Shown here: positions 30,701-38,749 of the stretch, piece after piece
Numbering within the stretch: position 1 is the stretch's first letter
Layout of the letters: each line of letters starts with the position of its first letter
Assembly: GCA_965204735.1 (NCBI GenBank)
Contig: OZ242008.1
Span: forward strand, 576,001-640,000
DNA length: 64,000 bases
DNA from: Longimicrobiales bacterium
Lineage (GTDB): Bacteria > Gemmatimonadota > Gemmatimonadetes > Longimicrobiales > Gaopeijiaceae
Direction: 5' to 3'
Translations under genes and position numbers: made by a program
The notes under the pieces: model-generated
The model's input: the letters and a program-made list of their open reading frames with translations, nothing else
The model's database searches: none
Told to the model about the DNA's origin: nothing

Positions 30701-33700
30701 GTGCAGGTGCGGTCGAGCTGGAGGCTTCGGATGGGGGACCGTGCGCTTCTATTTACGTATGTGGTGGGGCAGGGGGCGATGGACTCGGACGGCGTGCGGG
30801 TGCCGAAGGGCGCGTTGAGCCTGAACGGCGGCATGCTGAAGGCGGACTCGGACGGCGTGACGCGGGCGAGGCTGGACCATGGGGGGATTCCGGCCGACAG
30901 CAGCCGCAGAGTGAACGGGAGCGTGAAGCCGGCTCCGCGACCCGTGGTCACGTTGGTCGACGATCCGCCGGCAAGCGGCAACACGTACACGTGGAACGAG
31001 CGCATAGAGGCGTCGGTCTACTTTAGCGTGGACGTGCGTGTGACGGGCAGGCCGCGGCTGACGATGAACGTGGGGACGGGTACGCGGCAGCTGGTCGCCG
31101 ACGAGTACGGAGGGCGAGGGCCGCTGACGTTCGAGTACGTCGTGCAGGCGGCGGACATGGACGCGGACGGCATCAGCTTTCCGGCGAACGCATTGTCGCT
31201 GCCGAGCGGGGCGACGATCCGGTCGGCGGCCGACACCAGCGTCCATGCAGTCCTGTCGCATGATTCGGTGCCGGCCGATCCGCAACGAAAGGTGGACGGG
31301 CAAAGCGTTCAGGCGCCGAAGGTGGTGCGGACCTTCATCGGCCCGCCCCCGTCGCGCGACAACACGTACACGCGAGGCGAGACGTTCTTCACGTCGATGG
31401 TCTTCGACCGGGACGTGGCGGTGGACGCGACGGGAGGCCGGCCCCGGGTCGCGCTGGAGATCGGGGATTCGACGCGGTATGCAACGTACTGGGGTCCCGC
31501 TCGTGGCAGACCTCAGGAGTTGCAGTTCGTTTACGTCGTGCAGGCTGGAGACCGGGACGCGGACGGCGTCAGCATCAAGGCGAACGGGTTGTCGGCGAAT
31601 GGCGGCTCGATCACCCTGCTGGGCGACACTACGCCCGCGGTGCTGTCGCACGGCAGGCTTCCGACGGGGTACAAGGTGGACGGCGGCCGCGTGGGCGCTC
31701 CGCACGCGCGATGGGCGGCGTTCAACGCTCCGGTGAAGGGGGACACGTACCTTCGAGGCGAGCGGATCGAGGTGACGATCAGCTTCGACCGTGTCGCGTC
31801 GGTGGACACGGCCGGGGGACGGCCGCGGATCGCGTTGCAGGTGGGGGACTCGACGCGGTACGCGACGTACCTGGGCCCTTCGCGCGCGCAAGCGCACATC
31901 GCACTTGGCTACGTGGTGCGGGCTGGGGACCGGGACGCGGACGGGCTGAGCATCGGGGCGAACGCCTTGGAGCTGAACGGCGGCACGATCACGGCGCCGG
32001 GCGACACGACGGCGGCTGTTCTGACGCGCGCCACGGTGCCGACGAGCGCGGCGCACAAGGTGGACGGGAGCCGAGCGGGAGTTGCAGAAGTGCAGTGGCT
32101 GGCCGTCGGTCCGCCTCCGTCGCGGGACAGCACGTACACGCGGGGCGAAGTGCTCTACGCGAGCGTGCACTTCGACCGAGCCGTTGCCGTGGACACGGCG
32201 GGAGGCCGGCCGCGGATCGCCCTCGAGATCGGGGACTCGACGCGGTACGCGACCTACTCGCATCAGTTCACCAATACGCCGGCGCGACAGGTGTTCAAGT
32301 ACGTGATGCAGGCGAGCGATCGGGACAGCGACGGGCTGAGCGTCGCGGCCAACGCATTGGAGCTGAACGGCGGTTCGATCACGGCGCCGGACGACACGGT
32401 GTCGGCGGACCTGTCGCACGCGCCGGTGGCGGCGGACTCGGCGTTCAAGGTGGACGGCAGTCGGACGGGCGCTCCACATGTGCGCTGGATGTGGTTCAAC
32501 GCCCCGGCGAGCGGCGACACGTACCTGCGCGGCGAGCACGTTGGGGTGATTGTGGCCTTCGACCGAGACGCTTCGTTGGACACGATCGGCGGGCGGCCGC
32601 GGATCGCCTTGCAGGTGGGGGATTCGACGCGGTACGCGACGTACCTCAGCACTCCGGGTACGCGGGCGAACTACGGCTTCACGTACGTGGTGCAGGCGGG
32701 CGACCGGGACGCGGACGGGCTGAGCATCGCGGCGAACGCCTTGGAGCTGAACGGCGGCACGATCACGGCGCCGGGCGACACGACGGCGGCCGCCGTTCTG
32801 ACGCACGACTCGGTGCCGACGAGCGCGGCGCACAAGGTGGACGGGAGCCGAACGGCCGGCGACGTCGCGGCGGAGGAGAATCGAGCGCCGGAAGTGGTGT
32901 CGGAGATCGCGCCGAAGACGATGGAGGTGGCGAGTCCGCCGGCCGTCGTCGCCCTGTCGGCGCACTTCCGCGATCCCGACGGCGACGAGCTCCGGTACTT
33001 GGCGGCCTCGGCGACGCCGCGGTCGGTGCGAGTGGACGAGGCGGGCGGCGTCTTGACGATCCATGCGGCGGCGGTGGGCCAGTCCACCGTGACGGTGAGG
33101 GCGGTCGATCCCGAGGGTGCGGAAGCGGAGCAGAGCTTCTTGGTGACGGTCGAGGCGTCGCGTGCGGACCGCGCCCGCATCCTGAAGCGCTCGCTGGCCG
33201 CCTTCGGTCGGAGCGTGGGCACGGAGACGGTGGAAGCGATCGGCGGACGGCTGGGCGCGGCGGACGATCCGACTGCAATGGGCGCGATGGGCGCGGCGCA
33301 TCTTCAAGTCGGCGGCCGGTCGCTTTCGTGCGTCGGCGCCGCGGAGCGCTGCGACCTGCAAGAGTTGGCCAGGCAGGCCGCCGGGCTGCTCGGCGTGCGG
33401 CCGTCGCACGGAGCGGGCAGCCTCGCGTCGGCGCTGCGGGCGGCTGCGAAGGGCGGCCACGACGCGGGCGCACTGCGCGGGCTGGCGGACGCCTTCGGGC
33501 GATCGGCCCAGATCGGCGCCGCCGGCAGCTTCGGCGCACAGGACGGCTTCGGCGCCGGCGGCTTGGGGACGGGCAGCTTCGGCGCACAGGACGGCTTCGG
33601 CGCCACGGGCGGCCGGGCCTCGGGCTTCGGCGCCACGGGCGCTGGCGGACGCGGCGACCGTCCCCGCTGGGGTCGGCTGGTCGCGATGGACCCCGTGACG

Positions 33701-34918
33701 CGCGACGAGCTGCTCACGCGGTCGTCGTTCCGGTTCTCGCCGGGCGCAGGCGCCGGCGGCGGCGCGCAGGCGGCGCCCGGCGGGTGGACGTTCTGGGGCC
33801 GAGCCAGCGCCGGCGGCTTCGAGGGCCGGCCCGAAGAGGACCTTGCGCTGGACGGCACGGTGCGCTCGGCGTACTTGGGCGCCGACTACCGGTTCGGAGC
33901 GGGGCCGCTGGTGGGCCTGGCGCTGTCGCGAACGACGAGCTTGATCGGCTTCGAGAGCGGGATCAACGGCACGGGCACGGTGGACGCGCGCCTGACGAGC
34001 TTGTACCCGTACGCGCAGTGGTCGCCGCGCGCGGGGTTGAGCGTGTGGGGGCTGGTCGGGGCGGGCCGGGGGACGGCGGCGCTGTCGGAGGACGCGACGC
34101 GCCGCCGGTACGAGACGGGCATGGGGATGGCGATGACGGCGGCGGGCGTGCGCCAGCGGCTGACGGGCGTGCTGGCCGTGAAGGCGGACGCTTTCGAGGT
34201 GCGCACCGATGCCGACGAGGCGGAGGGGTTGGCGGGCGTGGTGGCGAACGTGCGCCGGTTGCGCGTGGCGTCCGAGGTCGTGGGGCGCTGGGGGCTGTCG
34301 GGCGGGTCGTCGATTGCTTCGCAGGTGGAGGTGGCCGCGCGCTTCGACGGCGGGGACGCGGAGACGGGGGCGGGCGCGGAGGCGGGCGCGGGGCTCGGCT
34401 ACGTGCACGAGGGCATCGGGCTGAGCGTGGACGCGCGGGGCCGGGCGCTGGTGGCGCATCAGGCGTCGTCGTTCCGGGAGTGGGGCGCAAGCGTCGCGGT
34501 GCGTCTGCGGCCGAGTGGCGAGGCGGGCGGGTTGTCGTTCACTCTCGAGCCGAGCTGGGGCAATGCGGCGAGCGGCGTGGCGACGCTCTGGCGGGAGGGA
34601 TCGGCAGCGGGCGTGCCCGGCGTGCCGCTGGGCGGCTCCCCGTCGCCGGCGGGGGGCGTGCCGCTTGCGAGCGGGCGCGCGAGCGCCAGCCGGCTCCACA
34701 TGGAGGTGGACTACGCGATCGTGCTGGCGGACGGCGGGCGAGTGGCGCCGTTCGGGCGCTGGGCGGTCGAGGGCGGTTCGGGGCGTCGGCTGAACGTGGG
34801 GGTCCGGCTGTCGGTGCTGGAAGCGGCGACGCTCGACCTCTTCGGCGAGGAGGTGTCGGGCGGCGCCGAGCCCGCAGACCGCCGACTAGGCCTGCAGGGC
34901 GCAGTGCGGTTCAGGTGA
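21716..34918 (+). CDS. Giant (4400 aa) Calx-beta / Ig-like repeat surface protein with C-terminal autotransporter-like beta-barrel
   Basis: Signal-like hydrophobic stretch; nine Calx-beta domains (TATSGVDY...TLTFEPG...GDDEVEDDE...GTIVDDD); many DxDxDG..ANxLxLNG..KVDG Ig-like domains; He_PIG-like and FRDPDGD domains; LAAFGRSVG helix; barrel ending VRFR. Confidence 0.85.
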   Translation: MFQSKTMRAAVPGVRDSVCGGKAWTGVVTFVLLVLIGAAPSSRAEAHFDGDGVSIPANGLKLNGAAVKARNGPALDANPAHGAAEGGASRKVDGSGHRPDADGDPEAVDAASSETPSIDDVGDFDAEREVLSEDASAVLMHQDVDAEGGLATEPVVGAQSSALTVQRFNFRGLAAGDSTYYRDEVVRVRVFFTQHVTVNTSGGEPYLDLTVGSTTRRADYGSSRQNYLDFRYRVQADDFDGDGVSVPANGLKLNGATVIARNNPAVVADPAHGVAEGGLSRKVDGSQFRPPGLAVDRIDFRSAPEGDSTYYRDEIVRVRVFFTQQIAVDASGGLPSVDLTVGTETRRAVMGSRSWNQHRLELRYVVQAGDFDGDGVSVQANSLSLNGAVVTAQGDASVVAETGHGAVEGGASQKVDGSQYRPQGPTLSGEGASVAEGGAGAETDLGFAVRLAPAAASRVTVEYADAGSGTATSGVDYAAIEGGTLTFEPGDTLKTVWVKVRGDDEVEGDETVVLSLSGATGAELATSTVRGTIVNDDEAAPVLTVQRFNFRGLGASDSTYYLNEVVRVRVFFTEHVTVDTSGGEPYLDLTVGSTTRRAAYNSSRQNYLGFSYRVQADDFDGDGVSVPANGLKLNGATVTARNNPAVVADPAHGVAEGGLSRKVDGSQLRPQGPTLSAGGTSVVEGDSGAETDLEFAVRLAPPAASRVTVDYADAGSGTATSGVDYAAIGSGTLTFEPGDTLQTVSVTVRGDDEVEDDETVVLSLSGATGAELATSTVRGTIVDDDEAAPALTVQRFNFRGLGAADSTYYLNEVVRVRVFFTEHVTVDTSGGEPYLDLTVGSTTRRAAYNSSRQNYLGFSYRVQADDFDGDGVSVPANGLKLNGATVTARNNPAVVADPAHGVAEGGLSRKVDGSQLRPQGPTLSAGGTSVVEGDSGAETDLEFAVRLAPAAASRVTVDYADAGSGTATSGVDYAAIGSGTLTFEPGDTLKTVSVTVRGDDEVEDDETVVLSLSGATGAELATSTVRGTIVDDDEAAPALTVQRFNFRGLGAADSTYYLNEVVRVRVFFTEHVTVDTSGGEPYLDLTVGSTTRRAAYNSSRQNYLGFSYRVQADDFDGDGVSVPANGLKLNGATVTARNNPAVVADPAHGVAEGGLSRKVDGSQLRPQGPTLSAGGTSVVEGDSGAETDLEFAVRLAPPATARVTVAYADAGSGTATSGVDYAEIGSGTLTFEPGDTLQTVSVTVRGDDEVEDDETVVLSLSGATGAELATSTVRGTIVDDDEAAPALTVQRFNFRGLGASDSTYYLNEVVRVRVFFTEHVTVDTSGGEPYLDLTVGATTRRAAYNSSRQNYLGFSYRVQADDFDGDGVSVPANGLKLNGAAVTARSNPAVVADPAHGVAEGGLSRKVDGSQLRPQGPTLSAGGTSVVEGGSGAETDLEFAVRLAPPATSRVTVAYADAGSGTATSGVDYAAIEAGTLTFEPGETLKTVWVKVRGDDEVEDDETVVLSLSGATGAELATSTVRGTIVDDDEAAPALTVQRFNFRGLGASDSTYYLNEVVRVRVFFTEHVTVDTSGGEPYLDLTVGSTTRRADYGSSRQNYLDFRYRVQADDFDGDGVSVPANGLKLNGATVTARDNPAVVADPAHGVAEGGLSRKVDGSQLRPQGPTLSAGGTSVVEGDSGAETDLEFAVRLAPPATARVTVDYADAGSGTATSGVDYAAIEGGTLTFEPGDTLQTVSVTVRGDDEVEGDETVVLSLSGATGAELATSTITGTIVDDDGPEPRGPTVERIVFRGLAAGDSTYYRDEVVRVRVRFLQHVTVDTTGGEPYLDLTVGSTTRRADYGSSRQNYLDFRYRVQAGDFDGDGVSIPANGLKLNGATVKARNGPALDANPAHGTAEGGASRKVDGSGHRPQGPTLSAGGSSAAEGGSNTETDLEFAVWLGPPAASRVTVAYADAGSGTATSGVDYAAIEADTLTFEPGETLKTVSVTVRGDDEVEDDETVALSLSGASGAELASRTVTGTIVDDDGSRPTVSIDSATVREPGPGEAVALSFTVSLSAPSARQVTVRYADAGTGTATPGGDYDAVTPGTVVFAAGDTVQTVEVTVRGDVLDEPVETIVLALAGPVNADIPNGGARGVGTIVDDDDAPTLSADSPSVEEGKGEGRRLTFTLALDRPSGRGLALYYADAGTGTATSGADYEEVVPDTLFFEPGETTKSIDVMVVGDTLQELDETVVLRLSAADSSLLAVSKALIAGTIVDDDGEDLAPSFGDAVVPAQRWVRACEVRAVQLPAAEGGNTPLTYGLAPALPLGLAFDAGRRTIAGTPEREQPVTNYRYTATDADGDSATLSFTAQVELLECGLEADGLDADGEPEAADAASSETPSIGDAGDFDAEQEAFSEDATAVSMHQEDDAEGGLATDPVVGAQSSALTVQRIVFRGLAVGDSTYYLNEVVRVRVFFTQHVTLNTSGGKPYLDLTVGTTTRRAEFGSKRQNYLDFRYRVQADDFDGDGVSVPASGLKLNGARITAQNDTSAHANIAHDSAAGGASRKVDGSKYRPPRVRSVTFTNSPASGGTYGYGEKIEATVAFDRRVLVSTTGGTPSLTLTIGAGARQATLSDRPGTRTRLTFSYTVQAGDVAPGGASIAANALRLNGGTITSDADSATNAALAHGGVRADTTRRVDGRRGRPPKVGEIAFGAPAPTDSVYYRGDSITVRVAFDDSVAVDTTSGKPQVALTIGTATRQAALSARAGKTLDFVYVVQATDRDSDGVSIAANALALNGATIRGTGAAAARNADVTHPPVAASAARTVDGSKVGAPKVSSVAFAGLPPDGDTYHYGDEVRVQVVFDGRVAVDTVGGKPQLALSMGTRRRQAVFAPSASTGTTLVFAYRVQSADVDSDGASIAANALALNGGSIKAEADSATAALVTHDSLAADPARKVDGRPRITSLEFYDPPSSVLPSAGVYGFGERIRILARYDQKLILDDRAWVSLEVGTDTVQVRSSWRLRMGDRALLFTYVVGQGAMDSDGVRVPKGALSLNGGMLKADSDGVTRARLDHGGIPADSSRRVNGSVKPAPRPVVTLVDDPPASGNTYTWNERIEASVYFSVDVRVTGRPRLTMNVGTGTRQLVADEYGGRGPLTFEYVVQAADMDADGISFPANALSLPSGATIRSAADTSVHAVLSHDSVPADPQRKVDGQSVQAPKVVRTFIGPPPSRDNTYTRGETFFTSMVFDRDVAVDATGGRPRVALEIGDSTRYATYWGPARGRPQELQFVYVVQAGDRDADGVSIKANGLSANGGSITLLGDTTPAVLSHGRLPTGYKVDGGRVGAPHARWAAFNAPVKGDTYLRGERIEVTISFDRVASVDTAGGRPRIALQVGDSTRYATYLGPSRAQAHIALGYVVRAGDRDADGLSIGANALELNGGTITAPGDTTAAVLTRATVPTSAAHKVDGSRAGVAEVQWLAVGPPPSRDSTYTRGEVLYASVHFDRAVAVDTAGGRPRIALEIGDSTRYATYSHQFTNTPARQVFKYVMQASDRDSDGLSVAANALELNGGSITAPDDTVSADLSHAPVAADSAFKVDGSRTGAPHVRWMWFNAPASGDTYLRGEHVGVIVAFDRDASLDTIGGRPRIALQVGDSTRYATYLSTPGTRANYGFTYVVQAGDRDADGLSIAANALELNGGTITAPGDTTAAAVLTHDSVPTSAAHKVDGSRTAGDVAAEENRAPEVVSEIAPKTMEVASPPAVVALSAHFRDPDGDELRYLAASATPRSVRVDEAGGVLTIHAAAVGQSTVTVRAVDPEGAEAEQSFLVTVEASRADRARILKRSLAAFGRSVGTETVEAIGGRLGAADDPTAMGAMGAAHLQVGGRSLSCVGAAERCDLQELARQAAGLLGVRPSHGAGSLASALRAAAKGGHDAGALRGLADAFGRSAQIGAAGSFGAQDGFGAGGLGTGSFGAQDGFGATGGRASGFGATGAGGRGDRPRWGRLVAMDPVTRDELLTRSSFRFSPGAGAGGGAQAAPGGWTFWGRASAGGFEGRPEEDLALDGTVRSAYLGADYRFGAGPLVGLALSRTTSLIGFESGINGTGTVDARLTSLYPYAQWSPRAGLSVWGLVGAGRGTAALSEDATRRRYETGMGMAMTAAGVRQRLTGVLAVKADAFEVRTDADEAEGLAGVVANVRRLRVASEVVGRWGLSGGSSIASQVEVAARFDGGDAETGAGAEAGAGLGYVHEGIGLSVDARGRALVAHQASSFREWGASVAVRLRPSGEAGGLSFTLEPSWGNAASGVATLWREGSAAGVPGVPLGGSPSPAGGVPLASGRASASRLHMEVDYAIVLADGGRVAPFGRWAVEGGSGRRLNVGVRLSVLEAATLDLFGEEVSGGAEPADRRLGLQGAVRFR
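22950..27795 (+). repeat. 744-bp (248-aa) intragenic tandem repeat, about 5.5 near-identical units plus a diverged one
   Basis: GCTGAC...CAGCGGTTCAACTTCCGC anchor recurs at 23341, 24085, 24829, 25573 and 26317 (exact 744-bp steps). Confidence 0.95.
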
Positions 34919-35058
34919 TGATCCGCTGGTCATCCCCCTGATCGACCCACGGGAATCCTGATCGCGGCGAGAAGGCGGGACGCCTCGCCACGCTTCTTGG
35001 AACCACACGCCGCAAGTCTGCCGGGGTTAGGCTCCAGTCAAGCGGCAGTTGCCCGGCA

Positions 35059-35075
35059 ACGGACGGGTTCCAGCC
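35059..35075 (+). repeat. Right copy of the 17-bp direct repeat
   Basis: ACGGACGGGTTCCAGCC, identical to 21600-21616. Confidence 0.8.
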
Positions 35076-35160
35076 CATGGCGCGCGCAACCGCGTCCGAT
35101 TACGCTGACGGGCGTGCCTCCCGCTTCCTTGCCAACCACACAACTCCGAAAGTCTTCCGA

Positions 35161-36497
35161 ATGGCGCTGCAGGCGGCCAGCCCCGTAGTCCGGCGGGCGT
35201 CGGGCGATCCCAACAAGTTGCGGCCCAGCGACAGGGCCGTGCACGACTGGTATCGCTTCGTCCTGTCCTTTCCGCCGCATCTGGTCCGCGACTGCCTCTC
35301 GCGTCTTGACGTCGGTCCGGGGTCCATGGTCCTGGATCCGTTCTGCGGCACGGGCACGACTCTCGTCGAGTGCAAGAAGCTCGGACTTCGCAGCGCTGGA
35401 ATCGAGGCGAGCCCGATGGCCCACTTCGCCACTTCGGCGAAGGTGGATTGGCAAGTGGACGCCGGCGAACTCACGGACTACGCCGACGAAGTGGCGGCGT
35501 CGGCGTCGGCTCGCCTTCGCGGTCAAGGCATCAACGACTTGGCAAGACTCCCCCTCTTCGGCAACGACGGGAGCGGGCGTCCGTCGCTGGCGAGTCTCTC
35601 GCCGGAACGAACGGCCTTGCTGCTGAAGAACTCCATCAGCCCGATGCCCCTGCACAAGACCTTGGTTCTCCTGGACGAGGTCGACCGCTGCGGCCACCGT
35701 CGCTTGCGGTCCCTTGGGAGACTGGCTCTCGGCGCCGCCCTGGTCCGCGAGATCGGCAACCTGAAGTTCGGCCCGGAGGTTGGGGTCGGTCGAATCAAGG
35801 AAGACGCGCCCGTCGTCGATGCGTGGTTCAAGCGCGTAACGACCATGGCCGACGACCTGCAAGTCGTGTCCGATCGCGCGCCCTCGCAGTTGGTGCGCTC
35901 GGACGCCCGAACAGCGGGCGCGGCGCTGGAGGCGAACTCGGTCGATGCAGTAATCACGTCGCCTCCTTACCCCAACGAGAAGGACTACACGCGGACCACC
36001 CGTCTGGAGTCGTGATCCTTGGAATGATACGAAGCAAGGCCGACCTGCGAGCCCTCAAGCAGGACATGGTGAGGTCGAACACCCGAGGAGTCTACAAGGC
36101 CGACACCGACGATCGCGAGGTGGAAGGCAACGCCAACGTTCGATGCATCGCAGACGCGATTGAACGCAGGCGCATCGACCTCGGCAAGACCTCTGGATTC
36201 GAACGCATGTACTCGCGGGTCACGAAGCTGTACTTCGGCGGGATGACCCGGCACTTGGCGTCTCTCCGGTCGGCGCTCAAGCCAGGCGCCCGACTCGCGT
36301 ATGTCGTGGGCGACCAGGCGTCGTACCTCAGGGTCATGATCCGCACAGGACAACTCCTCGCCGAAGTGGCGGCGTCCCTGGGCTACGCGGTTGTCGGAAT
36401 CGACCTCTTCAGAACGCGACCCTCCACAGCAACCGGCGACCAGCTTCGAGAAGAAGTGGTGCTGTTGGAATGGCCGGGACAGGGAACGGCGAAGTGA
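35161..36497 (+). pseudogene. Orphan amino-DNA methyltransferase (SPPY, probably N4-cytosine) split by a 1-nt frameshift at ~36012
   Basis: HDWYRF, DPFCGTGTT, ITSPPY in the frame that stops at TGA 36013-36015; methylase-like sequence resumes in the -1 frame (VILGMIRSKADL...LKPGARLAYVVGDQ...REEVVLL) to 36497. Confidence 0.75.
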
Positions 36498-38749
36498 CTC
36501 CGTCGGGGCGCGCCTCGGCCCACCGCCGCCCGGGTTTCCTTGCCCCGGCCGTCGTCGTGGGCGCCGCCCTCGCCCTTGCCTGCAACGCCTCGCCCTGGCC
36601 GCCGCCGCCGGACACCGCCCGCAGACCCGTCGCGGACACCCTCCACGGCGTCGCCTTCACCGACGACTACCGGTGGCTGGAGGAGCAGGCGAGCCCCGAA
36701 ACCCGCGCATGGATCGCGGCGCAGAACGAGTACGCCGAGCAGGTCGTGGGGGACACGCCGCTGCGGGCGGCGCTGGAGGCCAGGCTCGCCGAGCTCATGG
36801 ACGTGCCCGGCGCCGTGTTTCCGCGAAGGAGCGGCGAATACGAGTACTTCTCGCTGCGCAAGCCCGGGCGAGAGGTCGCGGCGATCTACCGTCGCCCGGC
36901 GCCGGAAGAGCCGGAAGACGGACCGCTGGACACGAGCGCCGACTACGAAGTCGTCGTCGATCCGCTGGAAATCCGCTCGGACGGCACGACCAGCGTCGGC
37001 ATAAGGGACTTTGCGCCGGACGGGTCCCTCATGCTCTACGCGGTCCGCGACGGCGGGCAGGACGAGACGAGCATCCGCGTCCGCGACCTTGCCGCTGGCC
37101 AGGACTTGCCCGACCGGCTTCCCAACGCCCTCTACGGCGCCGTTTCGTTCGACGAGGACGGAGGCGGCTTCCACTACGTGCACAGGTCGCGGCAGACCGG
37201 CCCGCGCCTGCGCCACCACGTGCTGGGCACGCCGATCGACGAGGACGGCGTGGTGTTCGGAGACGGAACCGACGCCGGCGGGGAAGACGTGCCGGGGATC
37301 GGACCGGCGGGACTCGCGCCCACGAGCTTCCTTGGCTTCTCGAGAGCCGGGGACGACCGCTTCGTCTACACCGTCCAGCACGGGTGGGCGCGCACCGACG
37401 TGTACTTGCACGACGTGGGAGCCGGGGCGAAGCCGTCGCCCCTCGTGGTCGGCGCTCCCGCGCGGTTCAGCGTCCGCTGGGTGGACGGCGAGCTCTTCAT
37501 GCTCACCAACCTGGACGCGCCAAACAACCGAATCGTCGCCGTCGACCTCGACGCTCCCGACCAAGCCGACTGGCGCGAAGTGCTGCCCGAGACGGACGAC
37601 GCGCTCACCGGCTACCAGATCGTCGGCGACGACGTCTTCGCCAACTACGTGCACGACGCGAGCAGCCGGATCGTCCGCTACGACATGAACGGCGCCCGGA
37701 TCGGCGAACTCCCCGTTCCCGACCACCACGTCGCCACGCTCCGCAGCTGGCGCGACGGCTCCGCCCTCCTCTCGCTCACGTCGCTGGACGCGCCGCCCCA
37801 CGTCCGCAAGCTCGACCTGGCGACGTTGGAAACGGACGAGTGGCTTCCTTCCCGGACGCCCTTCGACGGGGACGAATACCAAGTCGAGCAAGTGTGGTAC
37901 ACGTCCAAGGACGGGACGCAGGCGCCCATGTACGTGGCCCACAAGCGGGGACTCGATCCCGCCGGCGGGGCGCCGACCCTCCTCTACGGCTACGGGGGCT
38001 TCAACGTCAGCCTCCTGCCGCGCTTCGACGCGCGCGCCGCCGTCTGGATGGAGATGGGCGGCGTCTACGCAATGGCGACGTTGCGCGGCGGCGGCGAGTT
38101 CGGCGAGCGCTGGCACCGCGCCGGGATGCTGCAGAACAAGCAGAACGTCTTCGACGACTTCATTGCGGCCGCCGAGTGGCTGGTGAACAACGGCTACGCC
38201 ACGCCGAAGAAACTGGCGGCTCGCGGCGTCAGCAACGGCGGTCTTCTCGTCGCCAGCGCCTTCACCCAGCGACCGGACCTCTTCCGCGCCGTCTTCTGCG
38301 GCTTTCCCGACCTGGACATGGTGCGCTTCTACCAGTTCACCGAGACCAACAACCTTCCCGCCCTGCTGGAGTACGGCAACGGCGCGGCGGCGGACGAGTT
38401 CCACGTGCTGCGCATCTTCTCGCCGTATCAGAACGTGCGGGAGGGCGTCCGCTACCCGGCGGTCATGTTCGCCCAGGGGGACTTGGACACCCGCGTCCCG
38501 CCCCTCCAGGCCCGCAAGATGACGGCCCGCCTGCAAGCCGCCACGGGCTCCGGGCTCCCGGTGATCCTCGACTACGACTCCAGGGCCGGCCACGCCGGAG
38601 GCCGATCGTTCAGCCGCAACGTCCGCAACGCCGCCATGGAGCTGGCCTTCCTGCTGGGCCAGCTGGGGACGGCGGAGGCGCCGGCGACGGACGAGCGGCA
38701 GCGGGACCCGCCCGTCATCCCCCCGGCCGGTCCGCTGGCACCCGCCTGA
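36494..38749 (+). CDS. Prolyl oligopeptidase (S9A), exported
   Basis: DDYRWLE, YGYGGFN, RGGGEFG, GVSNGG (catalytic Ser), DTRV, AGHAGG; signal with possible lipobox LALAC. Confidence 0.9.
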   Translation: MTPSGRASAHRRPGFLAPAVVVGAALALACNASPWPPPPDTARRPVADTLHGVAFTDDYRWLEEQASPETRAWIAAQNEYAEQVVGDTPLRAALEARLAELMDVPGAVFPRRSGEYEYFSLRKPGREVAAIYRRPAPEEPEDGPLDTSADYEVVVDPLEIRSDGTTSVGIRDFAPDGSLMLYAVRDGGQDETSIRVRDLAAGQDLPDRLPNALYGAVSFDEDGGGFHYVHRSRQTGPRLRHHVLGTPIDEDGVVFGDGTDAGGEDVPGIGPAGLAPTSFLGFSRAGDDRFVYTVQHGWARTDVYLHDVGAGAKPSPLVVGAPARFSVRWVDGELFMLTNLDAPNNRIVAVDLDAPDQADWREVLPETDDALTGYQIVGDDVFANYVHDASSRIVRYDMNGARIGELPVPDHHVATLRSWRDGSALLSLTSLDAPPHVRKLDLATLETDEWLPSRTPFDGDEYQVEQVWYTSKDGTQAPMYVAHKRGLDPAGGAPTLLYGYGGFNVSLLPRFDARAAVWMEMGGVYAMATLRGGGEFGERWHRAGMLQNKQNVFDDFIAAAEWLVNNGYATPKKLAARGVSNGGLLVASAFTQRPDLFRAVFCGFPDLDMVRFYQFTETNNLPALLEYGNGAAADEFHVLRIFSPYQNVREGVRYPAVMFAQGDLDTRVPPLQARKMTARLQAATGSGLPVILDYDSRAGHAGGRSFSRNVRNAAMELAFLLGQLGTAEAPATDERQRDPPVIPPAGPLAPA

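Noticed and set aside
35028..35034. GTTAGGC as an integron attC core
   Set aside because: No matching inverse core or attC stem found and no integron integrase in the window
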